A DNA stretch of 64,000 nucleotides from an uncultured bacterium. GTDB taxonomy: Bacteria > Desulfobacterota > Deferrimicrobia > Deferrimicrobiales > Deferrimicrobiaceae. The stretch is taken from NCBI GenBank assembly GCA_963764045.1, contig CAVXQW010000007.1, positions 67,595-131,594 of the forward strand, written 5' to 3'. The notes beneath the pieces are model-generated. The model was given only the letters and a program-made list of their open reading frames with translations. It was not told the DNA's origin and did no database searches. A program made the position numbers and the translations under genes. Each line of letters opens with the position of its first letter. Within the stretch, counting starts at the first letter, position 1. Positions 29,875 through 39,200 of the stretch are shown here, one piece after another.

Positions 29875-32452
29875 GTGAACTTCTGGCGGTTGCTGACACA
29901 GGGGCAGTTCCGGCAGGCTTGGGGGACTCTCTCCCGTCGGCCGGACTCGGAGCACGAACAGGCGTTGATCCGCGCGGTCATCACCGCTCTCCTTTTCATT
30001 TACCTGTCCTGGTCGATGTCGAGAGACGGATATCTGGATCCCGGGGAAGTCCTTCTCCTCTGGATTTGCGCACTGTACCATCTCTTCTCCGTCGGACTTT
30101 TCGTGCGGATCACGTTCGCTCCCATCGCGACGTCTCGCTTCCGACGGTACCTGGGGATGGTGGGGGACCTGGTCCTGACGTCCTACGGGATCAGCGTGGC
30201 AGGCGACGTCGCCGGCCCCCTGTACGTCGTCCTCCTCTGGGTGATCTTCGGGAACGGTTTCCGGTACGGCAGGGAATACCTGTTCGCTGCGTCGGCTATC
30301 GGCACGATCTCTTTCGGGTTCGCGATCTATTTCAACGTGTACTGGTTGAACCACACCGTCCTGGCGGTCGGCCTGCAGGTCGGCCTCGTCTTGTTGCCGC
30401 TGTACGTGTCCTCCCTCCTGAAGAAGCTCACGGTCGCCGGGAAGCGCGCCGAGGAGGCCAACCGGGCGAAGAACCGGTTCCTCGCGAACATGAGCCACGA
30501 GATGCGGACCCCGCTCAACGGGATCATCGGGATGCTGGACCTGCTGAAGGGGACGCCGCTATCGACGGAACAGGAGGAACTGACGAAGACGATCGACGAC
30601 TCGGCGCACACCCTCCTGTTCCTGATGCAGGATGTCCTCGACCTCTCGAAGATCGAGGCCGGGAAAGTCTCCGTCGAGGTGTCGGACTTCGACCTGTACG
30701 CGGTTGTGAAGCACACGGTCGCCATCGTCGAGCCCCAGGCGCGGTTCAAGGGGCTCGCCACGTTCCTGCGCGTTCCCTCGAGTGTGCCGTTTCTCCTGCG
30801 CGGGGATCCGCTTCTGCTCCGGCAGGTGCTGTTGAACCTCCTCGGGAACGCCTTGAAGTTCACCGAAAAGGGCGAGGTGGGGGTTCGCGTCGCTCTCGAG
30901 TCGGAGACACATAGGCACGCGACGGTGCGTTTCGAGGTGGTGGATACCGGCATCGGCATCTCCGCCGAGGCGCAGCGGCGGATCTTCGACCGGTTCACCC
31001 AGGCGGACGAGTCGATCACGCGTAGGTTCGGAGGGACAGGGTTAGGGACGACGATTTCGAAGGAGATCGTCGAGATGATGGGCGGGACGATCGGAGTGCA
31101 CAGCGAACCTGGCAAGGGGAGTACCTTCTGGTTCACCGTCGAACTGGTGAAGCAGAGCCGGCAGGAGGATGAGGCTGCGCCCGCGGCGGCGCTCGTGGAC
31201 CGGCGCGCTCTCGTTCTCTCGTCGGAACCCGAAGTGGCCGAGTCCCTCCGGGAGCACCTTTCGGGGTGGGGCATCCACGTCACAACGGTGGACCGGTCCG
31301 CCCAGGCGTTCGCCCGGATCGTCGGTTCTTCCAACGCGGGAACCCCCTTCGACTTCGTTCTCGCCGTCAGCGAGGGATTGGACATGGACGCGGCCGGGTT
31401 CGCCCGCGCCGTCCGGTCCGATTCCACGATCCACGAGAGCCGGCTCATCCTCGTCACCCGCGGGGAAGACGGCGGGGACCCTGCCGTGCTCGACGGCTAC
31501 AGCGCGGCCCTTCCGGTGCCGGTGGACAAAAGGATGCTCTTCAACGCTTTGCATTTTTCGCGCGCCGGGACTCCGGCGGACGATCCCTCGGTGGACAGCC
31601 TCGCCGAGAAGTACCGTCGGAAGAACGTGGGCGGACGGAAGTTGCGCGTCCTGGTGGCGGAAGACAACCGGACGAACCAGATGGTGATCGGGAAGATCCT
31701 CGAGCGGGCAGGGCACGACTTCAAGATCGTGGCGAACGGGGAAGAATTCCTCGATGCCCTGAAGGAGCAGACGTTCGACATCGCGCTCCTCGACCTCCAC
31801 ATGCCGGTGATGGGAGGCATCGAGGCGGCGAAGCTGTCCCGGTTCCTGTCGCCGGGCTCTCCGCGGATGCCGATCGTGGCGCTCACGGCGGACGCGACGC
31901 CGGAGGCGCGGGCGGAGTGCGAGGAGGCGGGGATGGACGCGTGCCTCACCAAGCCCATCGACACGCGGAAACTGTTCGACCTATTCGAAACGATGGTTCC
32001 CGGCGGCGGCGCCGTGCGGACGAGCCCCGGGGAGGGTGCTCCTGGGCGCGGAGGAGACGGCGGCAGCGATGGCCGAGGACCCGGAGGAACCTCCATGTCT
32101 CGACCCTCGGTATCTCCGCGAGCTGTCGGACCTCGGCGGAAACAGCGATTTCGTGGTTCGCCTCGCGTGGACCTTTCTCAAGGGATCGAAGGAGAAGGTC
32201 CGGGGGCTCGAGCGGGCCGTGGCGGATCGCGACCTGGAAAAGGTCCGCGAGTTGGCGCATGCGTTGAAGGGGAACTCGGGGCAGATCGGCGCGCTCGCGT
32301 TGATGCAGGCATGCGAGCGGTTTTCCGGTATCGCCGCAGGGGAGCTGGAACGAAACGGGGAATCCTACCTCGAAGAGGTGAAGGAAGAACTCTCCCGTGC
32401 CAGGACGGCGCTGGACGAGTACCTGGGAACCCGGAATTCCGCGGTTTCCTGA
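29875..32452 (+). CDS. rpfC: RpfC-like hybrid sensor histidine kinase (multi-pass sensor, HisKA, HATPase, degenerate REC-like, REC, Hpt); apparent frameshift before the Hpt domain
   Basis: ORF 29875..32487 carries the H-box MSHEMRTPLNG, GGTGLGTTI and the REC DIALLDLHMPVMGG. The Hpt domain (HALKGNSG) is in ORF 32036..32452, joined somewhere in 31990..32050. The N-terminal strings RPDSEHEQALIR and GPLYVVLLWVIFGNGFRYG resemble Xanthomonas RpfC (from memory). Confidence 0.75.
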
Positions 32453-32456
32453 CCGA

Positions 32457-33376
32457 TCAGGCGTTCCCCGTCCGCGGCGTTGAGTGATCGATGATGGGGT
32501 GAACGACGAGGCCCGTGCTTGGGCGTTCACGAGCCGCTCCATCAGCCGGATTTCCCGCGGACCAAGGCGCATAGCGGTGTCCACCCAGATTTCCTTTACT
32601 TCCATGAGCTCTTCGTAGACGAGCGGCCGGAGCTTCCGGCGGACCTGCATAATCGCCTGCTGGGCGTTTTGCCGGCCTGCCTGCCGGACGATATGCTCGT
32701 ACACCGCATTCTCCCCGCGTCCCTCCTCGGCCAGTATATCGACGACCCCTTCGGCGTGAAGTTCCTCGGCCCGATGAAGCTTCCCGTTCAGGAGCATCCG
32801 TTCCGTCCGCTGCATGCCGATCCGCCGCTGGAGCAGGTTGTACGCCCCCATCCCGGGGAAGAGGTTGAACATGACCTCGGGGAACCCGAACTGGGATTGT
32901 TTCTCCGAGACGAGGATGTCGCTCGCAAGGGCCGCCTCGAATCCACCGCCGAGGGCGTCCCCTTGGACGAGGGAGATGGTGGTGATGGGGAGGTGGAAGC
33001 CTACCGCATGCGCATAGAGCACGTCGATGCAATCCTTCGCGTACCGGCGAAGCGTTTCCGGGTCGTTTTCCTTCAGGCAGCGAATGAAAAGAGCGAGGTC
33101 GCCTCCGAAGTTGAACACCCCGGGAGTCGCGGACGCAAGGATGACGTACCGGACCCCCCACTCCTTCCCCTCGTCCTCCGCCGATCGCTCGATCTTCCCC
33201 TGGAAGCGGCGCAATTCGTCCAGCACCTCGAAATTGAAGCAGGGTCGTGGGTGCGGTGCGAGGTAGCACCAGAGGGCGCCGTACTGCGGCTCGAATCGCG
33301 TGCGGAGATGCCGATAAGAAGTCGGATGGGGAAGGAGAGGTGAAGGCGTTACCTTCATAACGTCCCGTAACTCCAT
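32457..33376 (-). CDS. rpfF: RpfF-like DSF synthase (crotonase superfamily); 3-prime end uncertain
   Basis: Within ORF 31946..33658, starting at MELRDVMKV (33376). VFNFGGDLALF, GGGFEAALA, FPEVMFNLFPGMGAY, EIWVDTAM and MERLVNAQ are present. The in-frame ORF runs on antisense to the Hpt domain. An alternative frame stops at 32457, which I take as the likely true end. Confidence 0.75.
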
Positions 33377-33416
33377 TGTCCCCGCCGGTAATTTTATTTG
33401 GACTGCAGCGTAACGG

Positions 33417-33444
33417 ATAATAGCACGCGATTCCTGTAAAGCAA
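33417..33444 (-). promoter_or_regulatory. candidate sigma-70 promoter for the rpfF-like gene
   Basis: On the minus strand: TTGCTT (33444..33439), 16-nt spacer, TATTAT (33422..33417). Lies ~40 nt upstream of the ATG, in an AT-rich island. Confidence 0.35.
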
Positions 33445-33469
33445 ATAAAACAAATTCTTTTTTCCAATA

Positions 33470-33489
33470 AATGGAAATGTTTTTCCATT
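33470..33489. promoter_or_regulatory. perfect 8-bp-arm palindrome AATGGAAA-tgtt-TTTCCATT in the divergent control region
   Basis: Read directly from the sequence. A third related half-site, TTTCCAAT, lies at 33461..33468. Sits between the rpfF-like and thioesterase genes. Confidence 0.5.
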
Positions 33490-33596
33490 CCCTTGGCTTT
33501 CCCTCTTCGCCCCATTGTAACGGCGTGGCGGAAAGGCTATCTTTCCACGATGCGAAATCGCCGCCGTCCGCGCGATAAACCGCCGAAGGAGGCCTC

Positions 33597-34016
33597 ATGA
33601 AAGAGACACTGAAGGTCGGGCTGGAACATGTGCACACGTATCGCATTCCGGAAAACAAGACGGTTCCACACCTTTATCCCGAGGCGAAAGCGTTCCAGGA
33701 GATGCCGAAAGTGTTCGCCACCGGCTACATGGTCGGGCTCATGGAGTGGGCGTGCATCGAGGCGATGGCGCCGCACATGGAGGCGGGGGAGGGGAGCGTC
33801 GGGACGCTCGTCAACGTGACGCACACCGCGGCGACCCCGCCCGGGATGACCGTTACGGTCCGCGTCCGGTGCATCGGGGTTGAGGGGCGGCGGTCGGTGT
33901 GGGAGGTCGAGGCGAAGGACGATGTCGAACTCATCGGCAAGGGGACCCACGAGCGATTCGCCGTCGACTTCGCGAAATTCAACGCCCGCGTGGCGAAGAA
34001 GGCCGCGGGGGCGTAG
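33597..34016 (+). CDS. hotdog-fold thioesterase family protein
   Basis: 139-aa ORF with a GGAGG 5 nt upstream. VFATGYMVGLMEWACIEA and GTLVNVTHTAATPPG resemble the FlK/thioesterase superfamily (from memory). Confidence 0.7.
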   Translation: MKETLKVGLEHVHTYRIPENKTVPHLYPEAKAFQEMPKVFATGYMVGLMEWACIEAMAPHMEAGEGSVGTLVNVTHTAATPPGMTVTVRVRCIGVEGRRSVWEVEAKDDVELIGKGTHERFAVDFAKFNARVAKKAAGA

Positions 34017-34051
34017 TGCGTCAATAAATCCGGAAACGTAGACGTAGGGCG

Positions 34052-34208
34052 CCCCGGCAGGGTCCGGCGGAGTCGCCGCAGGGGGGGGCGCCCCACTCCC
34101 GTACGAAAAGCGCTCCCTGGGGTACCCCCACTGTAGGAAGAACGGGGGGCACAGCCGTGCAGGTTCTCGCACGGCGAGCCACGAACGGAGCCCCGCCCTC
34201 CGAGGCGG
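34052..34208 (+). repeat. composite repeat copy C: Y-module interrupted by a ~60-nt segment containing the X-module
   Basis: 34052..34080 and 34141..34208 align with the ends of copies A and B. The middle (including 34075..34118, GGGGCGCCCC...GGGGTACCCC) matches 45743..45786 instead. Confidence 0.75.
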
Positions 34209-34247
34209 CGCAGCCGAACGGCGTGTCCCGTAGGCGCCTTCTTCCTT

Positions 34248-34310
34248 ACTTACCGATCGGTAAATTTTCTGTTGACATGGTTTGGCCTGTGCGTATACTT
34301 ACCGGTAAGT
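34248..34310 (+). promoter_or_regulatory. sigma-70 promoter flanked or overlapped by two related palindromic operators, upstream of the TetR gene
   Basis: TTGACA (34272..34277), 16 nt, TATACT (34294..34299). Palindromes ACTTACCGATCGGTAAAT (34248..34265) and ACTTACCGGTAAGT (34297..34310); the latter overlaps the -10 element. Confidence 0.6.
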
Positions 34311-34344
34311 AAATACCGGACCGCATGCGGCGGGAGGCAACGGG

Positions 34345-34986
34345 ATGACGAAAAGGGATCGGAAAGTGGCCGAGGCGGGCGGTGAGGTCCGGGAGCGCCT
34401 CCTGACCGGGGCGACCGAACTGTTCGCCGCGAAAGGGTACGCCGCCACGACCGTCCGCGAGATCGTCGAACGGGCGGGCGTGACCAAGCCGGTCCTCTAT
34501 TACTACTTCCGCAGCAAGGAGGGGATCTACCTCGACCTGATGCGGGAGCCTTTCGGCAAGTTCGCCGCGCTCGTCGAGGAGACGCTCGTTCCGGCCGGCT
34601 CGTCCAGGGATCGGCTGTTCCGGTTATGCCTCGCCGCGTACGACATCTTCGTCGAGAACATCGACGCCGCGCGGGTGATGTACTCCATCTACTACGGGCC
34701 TCCGCAGGGAGCGCCGTTCGTCGATTTCGACGCGTACCACCACCGCTTCCAGGAGGCGGTGCTCCAGGTCCTCCGGGAAGGGATCCGGGACGGAGAGTTC
34801 CGGCGGGTGAACCCGGCCGACGCGATGTGGGCCGTCATCGGGGCGCTCAACGTCGCGATGGAGGTGGAGTTGTGCCACCCGCAGCAGAGCCTCGGGCGGG
34901 ACGGCGTACGGCGCGTCCTTGAACTCGTTCTCGAAGGGATCGTCATGAACAGGAAGACCACCGGAAAGATCAGGAGGAAGACATGA
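34345..34986 (+). CDS. TetR/AcrR-family transcriptional regulator
   Basis: 213-aa ORF with the N-terminal HTH TVREIVERAGVTKPVLYYYFRSKE. Its stop overlaps the next ATG. Confidence 0.9.
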   Translation: MTKRDRKVAEAGGEVRERLLTGATELFAAKGYAATTVREIVERAGVTKPVLYYYFRSKEGIYLDLMREPFGKFAALVEETLVPAGSSRDRLFRLCLAAYDIFVENIDAARVMYSIYYGPPQGAPFVDFDAYHHRFQEAVLQVLREGIRDGEFRRVNPADAMWAVIGALNVAMEVELCHPQQSLGRDGVRRVLELVLEGIVMNRKTTGKIRRKT

Positions 34987-36137
34987 TCCGGAGATTCACC
35001 CTCGGGGCCGCCGTTCTCGCCGCGTTTCTCGCCGCGGCCGGATGCTCTTCGAGGGAGGGAGTCGGGAAAGCGGAAATTCCACCGGCGGGAAAACCCGCCG
35101 TTTCCGTCGACGCGGCGAACGCCGCGACGGGGGATGTCACCGAGGGGATCGAAGTCACCGGATCCCTGTCGCCGAAGTATCAGGCGGAGATGAAGTCGGA
35201 GTACGGCGGCATGGTGGCGCAGGTGTACGTGAACGACTGGGCGAAGGTGCGAAAGGGCGATCCGCTCCTCAAGGTGGACACGAGGGAGGGGGAGGTCCTC
35301 CTCCTGAAGGCGAAGGCGGCGCTCCAGATGGCGAAGGCCGGGCAGCAGGAGGCCGAGGCGGCCGTCGCCAGGGCCGACCGGGAATACGACCGGGCGATCC
35401 AGCTGCAGGAGTCCGGGCTGATCACGAGGCAGGGAATGGACGACGCCCGGACGCAGAAAGAGGCGGCGGCCGCGCGGCTCGCGGCGACCAGGGCCCAGGT
35501 GGCGGCCGCGGGGGAGGACGTCTCCCAAGTGACGACGCGTCTTTCCAAGGCGGTGATCCGTTCCCCCTTCGACGGGACGGTGGCGGAGCGACTGGTGAGC
35601 GCGGGGGACCTCGTGGGCGAGATGCAGAAGGTGGTTTTCCGCATCGTGGACAACCGGCTCCTCGAACTCACCGTGAGCGTGCCTTCCACGGAGATGGCCG
35701 CATTGCGCGTGGGGCAGCCTGTGCGGTTCTCCTCCGACGCGTTCCCCGGCAGGGAGTTCGAAGGGAAGATCGCCCATATCAACCCGTCGGTGAACCCCGG
35801 CGACCGCTCCGTTCGCGTGATCGCTCTGGTGCCCAACGTACCGGAGGTCCTCAAGGGGGGACTGTTCGTGAAGGGGAGGATCGCGACCGGCGTCCGGAAG
35901 GGGGTCGTCCTGGTCCCCCGGACGGCCCTTCTGTCCTGGAACGTGGCCGCCCGGAAAGGGGAGGTCTTCGTCGTCGACAACAACGTCGCGCGTCGCCGGG
36001 GGGTGGCGACGGGTTCGGTCCAGGGGGACCGCGTCGAGATCCCCTCGGGCCTCCGCTCCGGAGAGACGGTGGTCACCCGCGGCGCGTTCCTCCTTTCGGA
36101 AGGCGACGCGGTGAAGGTCGTCGCGATGGGGAAATAG
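34983..36137 (+). CDS. RND efflux periplasmic adaptor (MFP)
   Basis: 384-aa ORF with lipobox AAAGCS, followed by a coiled-coil hairpin and beta-barrel segments. Confidence 0.85.
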   Translation: MIRRFTLGAAVLAAFLAAAGCSSREGVGKAEIPPAGKPAVSVDAANAATGDVTEGIEVTGSLSPKYQAEMKSEYGGMVAQVYVNDWAKVRKGDPLLKVDTREGEVLLLKAKAALQMAKAGQQEAEAAVARADREYDRAIQLQESGLITRQGMDDARTQKEAAAARLAATRAQVAAAGEDVSQVTTRLSKAVIRSPFDGTVAERLVSAGDLVGEMQKVVFRIVDNRLLELTVSVPSTEMAALRVGQPVRFSSDAFPGREFEGKIAHINPSVNPGDRSVRVIALVPNVPEVLKGGLFVKGRIATGVRKGVVLVPRTALLSWNVAARKGEVFVVDNNVARRRGVATGSVQGDRVEIPSGLRSGETVVTRGAFLLSEGDAVKVVAMGK

Positions 36138-36140
36138 GCG

Positions 36141-39100
36141 ATGTTTCTCTCCGACCTCTCCATCAAGCGCCCCATCTTCGCCGCGGTCATGATGCTGGCC
36201 CTGGTGACGCTGGGCGCCTTCTCCTACAGGCGGCTCGCGGTCGACATGTTCCCCGACGTGGAGATCCCGGTGGTCACGATCGTCACGAAGTTCCCCGGGG
36301 CTTCTCCCGAGAGCGTCGAGCGGGAGGTGAGCAAGCGGATCGAGGAGGCGGTCAACCCGATCGCCGGCGTGAAGAAAGTCATCTCGATCTCCCGCGAGAG
36401 CGTTTCCACGGTCATGGTCGAGTTCCAGCTCGAGGTGAAGCTGAACGACGGCGCCCAGGAGGCGCGGGCCAAGATCGCGGCCATCCGCGGCGAACTGCCG
36501 GAAGGGATCGAGGAACCGATCATCCAGAAGCTGGACTTCGCGGCGGCGCCGATCGTCTCCCTTGCCGTCCGGTCCGACACCCTTCCGTCGAAGGACCTCA
36601 CCACCCTCGTGGAGAAAAAGGTCAAGCGGCGCTTCGAGAACATCCCCGGCGTCGGGAAGGTCGACCTCGTGGGGTCGTCGAAACGGGAGGTCAACGTCGA
36701 CATCGACCAGGCGCGCCTCGAGGCGCTCGGCATGGGCGTGGACGAGGTGATCGCCGGGATCCGGTCCGAAAACGTCAACACCCCTCTCGGGCGGCTGACG
36801 AAGAACGGCTCCGAATTCCCGTTGCGCGTTTCCGGGAAGCCCGCGGAGGTGTCCCGGTTCCCGTCGATGGTGATCGGTCAGAGGAACGGGCGGGCCGTGC
36901 TGCTGGGCGAGGTGGCCGACGTGGTCGACGGGATCGAGGAGCCGCGGTCCCTCGCGCTGGTGAACGGCGTGCCCGCCGATCGCGCTCGACATCCAGAAGC
37001 AGTCGGGGGCGAACACGGTCTCCGTGGTCGAGCTGGTGAAGAAGGAGATCGCCCGGCTGCAGCCGGAGCTGCCCCCGGGACGAGGATCGAGATCGTCCGG
37101 GACGCATCGACCATGATCCGGGACTCCGTGGAGGACGTCCAGACGACCCTGATCCTCGGCGGGATCCTGACCATCTTCATCGTCTTCTGCTTCCTCAACT
37201 CCTGGCGCTCCACGGTGATCACCGGACTCACCCTCCCGATCTCGGTCATCTCCTCCTTCATCGTCATGAACTTCATGGGCATGACGCTCAACGTGATGAC
37301 GCTGATGGCGCTGTCCCTCGCCATCGGCCTCCTCATCGACGACGCGATCGTCGTCCGGGAGAACATCGTCCGGCACCTCGAACACGGGCAGGACCATTTC
37401 GAGGCGGCCCGGGCAGGGACCGCCGAGATCGGGCTCGCGGTGATCGCCACCACCTTCTCCATCGTCGCCGTCTTCGTGCCGGTGGCGTTCATGAAGGGGA
37501 TCGTCGGGCGCTTCTTCTTCCAGTTCGGGATCACCGTGGCCTTCGCGGTGCTGGTCTCCCTCTTCGTGTCGTTCACCCTCGACCCGATGCTCTCCTCCCG
37601 GTGGATCGACCCCGACATCGAGCGAAAGGGGAAACGGCATCTCGTCGCCCGGGTCCTCGACCGGTTCAACGGCTGGTTCGACCGGACGGCCGACCGGTAT
37701 CGGTCCGTGATCGCGTGGGCCCTCGGGCATCGCAAGACGATGCTCGCCATCGCGGCGCTGGCGTTCGTCGGCGGCATCGTGGCGTTCGCCTCGCTGAAGA
37801 CGGAGTTCTTCACGGCGGTGGACCGGGCCGAGTTCCAGATCAACTTCAAGTCCGCCCCGGACGCCTCCCTGGTCGAGACGCGGGACCGCCTGGATGCAAT
37901 CCTCGCGGAGCTCCGCAAGATCCCCGAGGTCCGCAGCACCTTCGCGACCATCGGCGCCGGGGACGCGGGGACGGTCCGGGACGGCATGGTGTACGTGAAG
38001 CTCTCCGAAAAGAGGGAGCGGAAACGGGGCCAGGACGAGATACAGAAAGAGGTGCGGGAGCGGCTGGGGACGATCCCCGCGATTGTCCCCGCGATCGTCG
38101 AGGTGGGAAGGGTCACCGGGGAGAAGCCGTTTACCGTGGCCGTGCGAGGGGAGGACATCGGCCTCCTCAAGGGGTACGCGGCGGCGCTGAAACAGGAGAT
38201 CCGGAAGATCCCGGGGATCGTCGACCTCGAGGTGACCCTGGAGCACGACATCCCGGAGTATCGCCTGACCGTGGACGGGGAGCGGGCGGCGGACCTGGGC
38301 GTGACGACCGGGACCGTCGTACGCACGGTGGGCGCGCTGATCGGGGGGCAGGTCGTCTCGACCTACGAGGACCCGGACGGCGACGCGGTGAACGTTCGGG
38401 TCCGGCTCCCTGTCGCGATGCGCCGGGACCCGTCCCAGGTGGAGCGGGTCCGGATGGCGGTGAACCGGGGGCCGGAAGGGGTCGCCCTCGTGCCGCTGGG
38501 CGAAGTGGCCCGGTATTCGCTGAGCGACACTCCCTCCGAGATCAACCGGCAGGCGCTGACCCGGGAGGTCGTCCTCTCGGCGAACCTCGACGGGTTGCCG
38601 CTGGGGGAGGCGATGAACAAGGTCAAGGAGATCGCCGGCAGGATGCCGATGGCTCCAGGGTACCGCGTGGTCTTCACCGGGGAAGGCGAGGACATGATCG
38701 AATCGTTCGGCTACATGGCCGAGGCGCTGCTCCTCGCCGTGATCTTCGTCTACCTGATTCTCGCGGCGCAGTTCGAATCGTTCATCGAGCCGTTCTCGAT
38801 CATGCTTTCGCTTCCCCTGTCGATCGTCGGGATGGCGGGGATGCTGCTGCTGACGGGGGACACGGTGAACATCATGTCCCTCATCGGGCTCATCATGCTG
38901 ATGGGGCTGGTGACGAAGAACGCGATCCTGCTCGTGGATTACGCGAAGGTGCTGCAGGCGCGGGGGATGGAGCGGACCGAGGCGGTGATCACGGCGGGCA
39001 GGACGAGGCTGCGGCCCATCCTCATGACGACGCTGGCGATGATCTTCGGGATGCTCCCCCTGGCGCTGGGGATCGGGGCGGGGGCGGAGGAGCGGGCGCC

Positions 39101-39200
39101 GATGGCGCGGGCCGTCGTCGGGGGGCTGATCACGTCGACCTTCCTCACGCTGCTCGTCGTGCCGGTGGTCTACACGCTTCTGGACGACTTCGCCGCCTGG
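36141..39200 (+). CDS. RND (AcrB/HAE1-type) inner-membrane efflux pump; compensated double frameshift; no stop before the next gene
   Basis: ORF 36141..39554. The residues between ~36975 and ~37080 read properly only in another frame (IALDIQKQSGANTVSVVELVKKEIARLQPELPPG). The 3-prime end is set arbitrarily before the Met at 39201. Confidence 0.8.

Noticed and set aside
6843-34208. Possibility that the repeated units form a CRISPR array
   Set aside because: The copies are separated by 11 to 16 kb of ordinary genes. They are ~114 bp long and degenerate. No regularly spaced short repeats and no cas genes are present.
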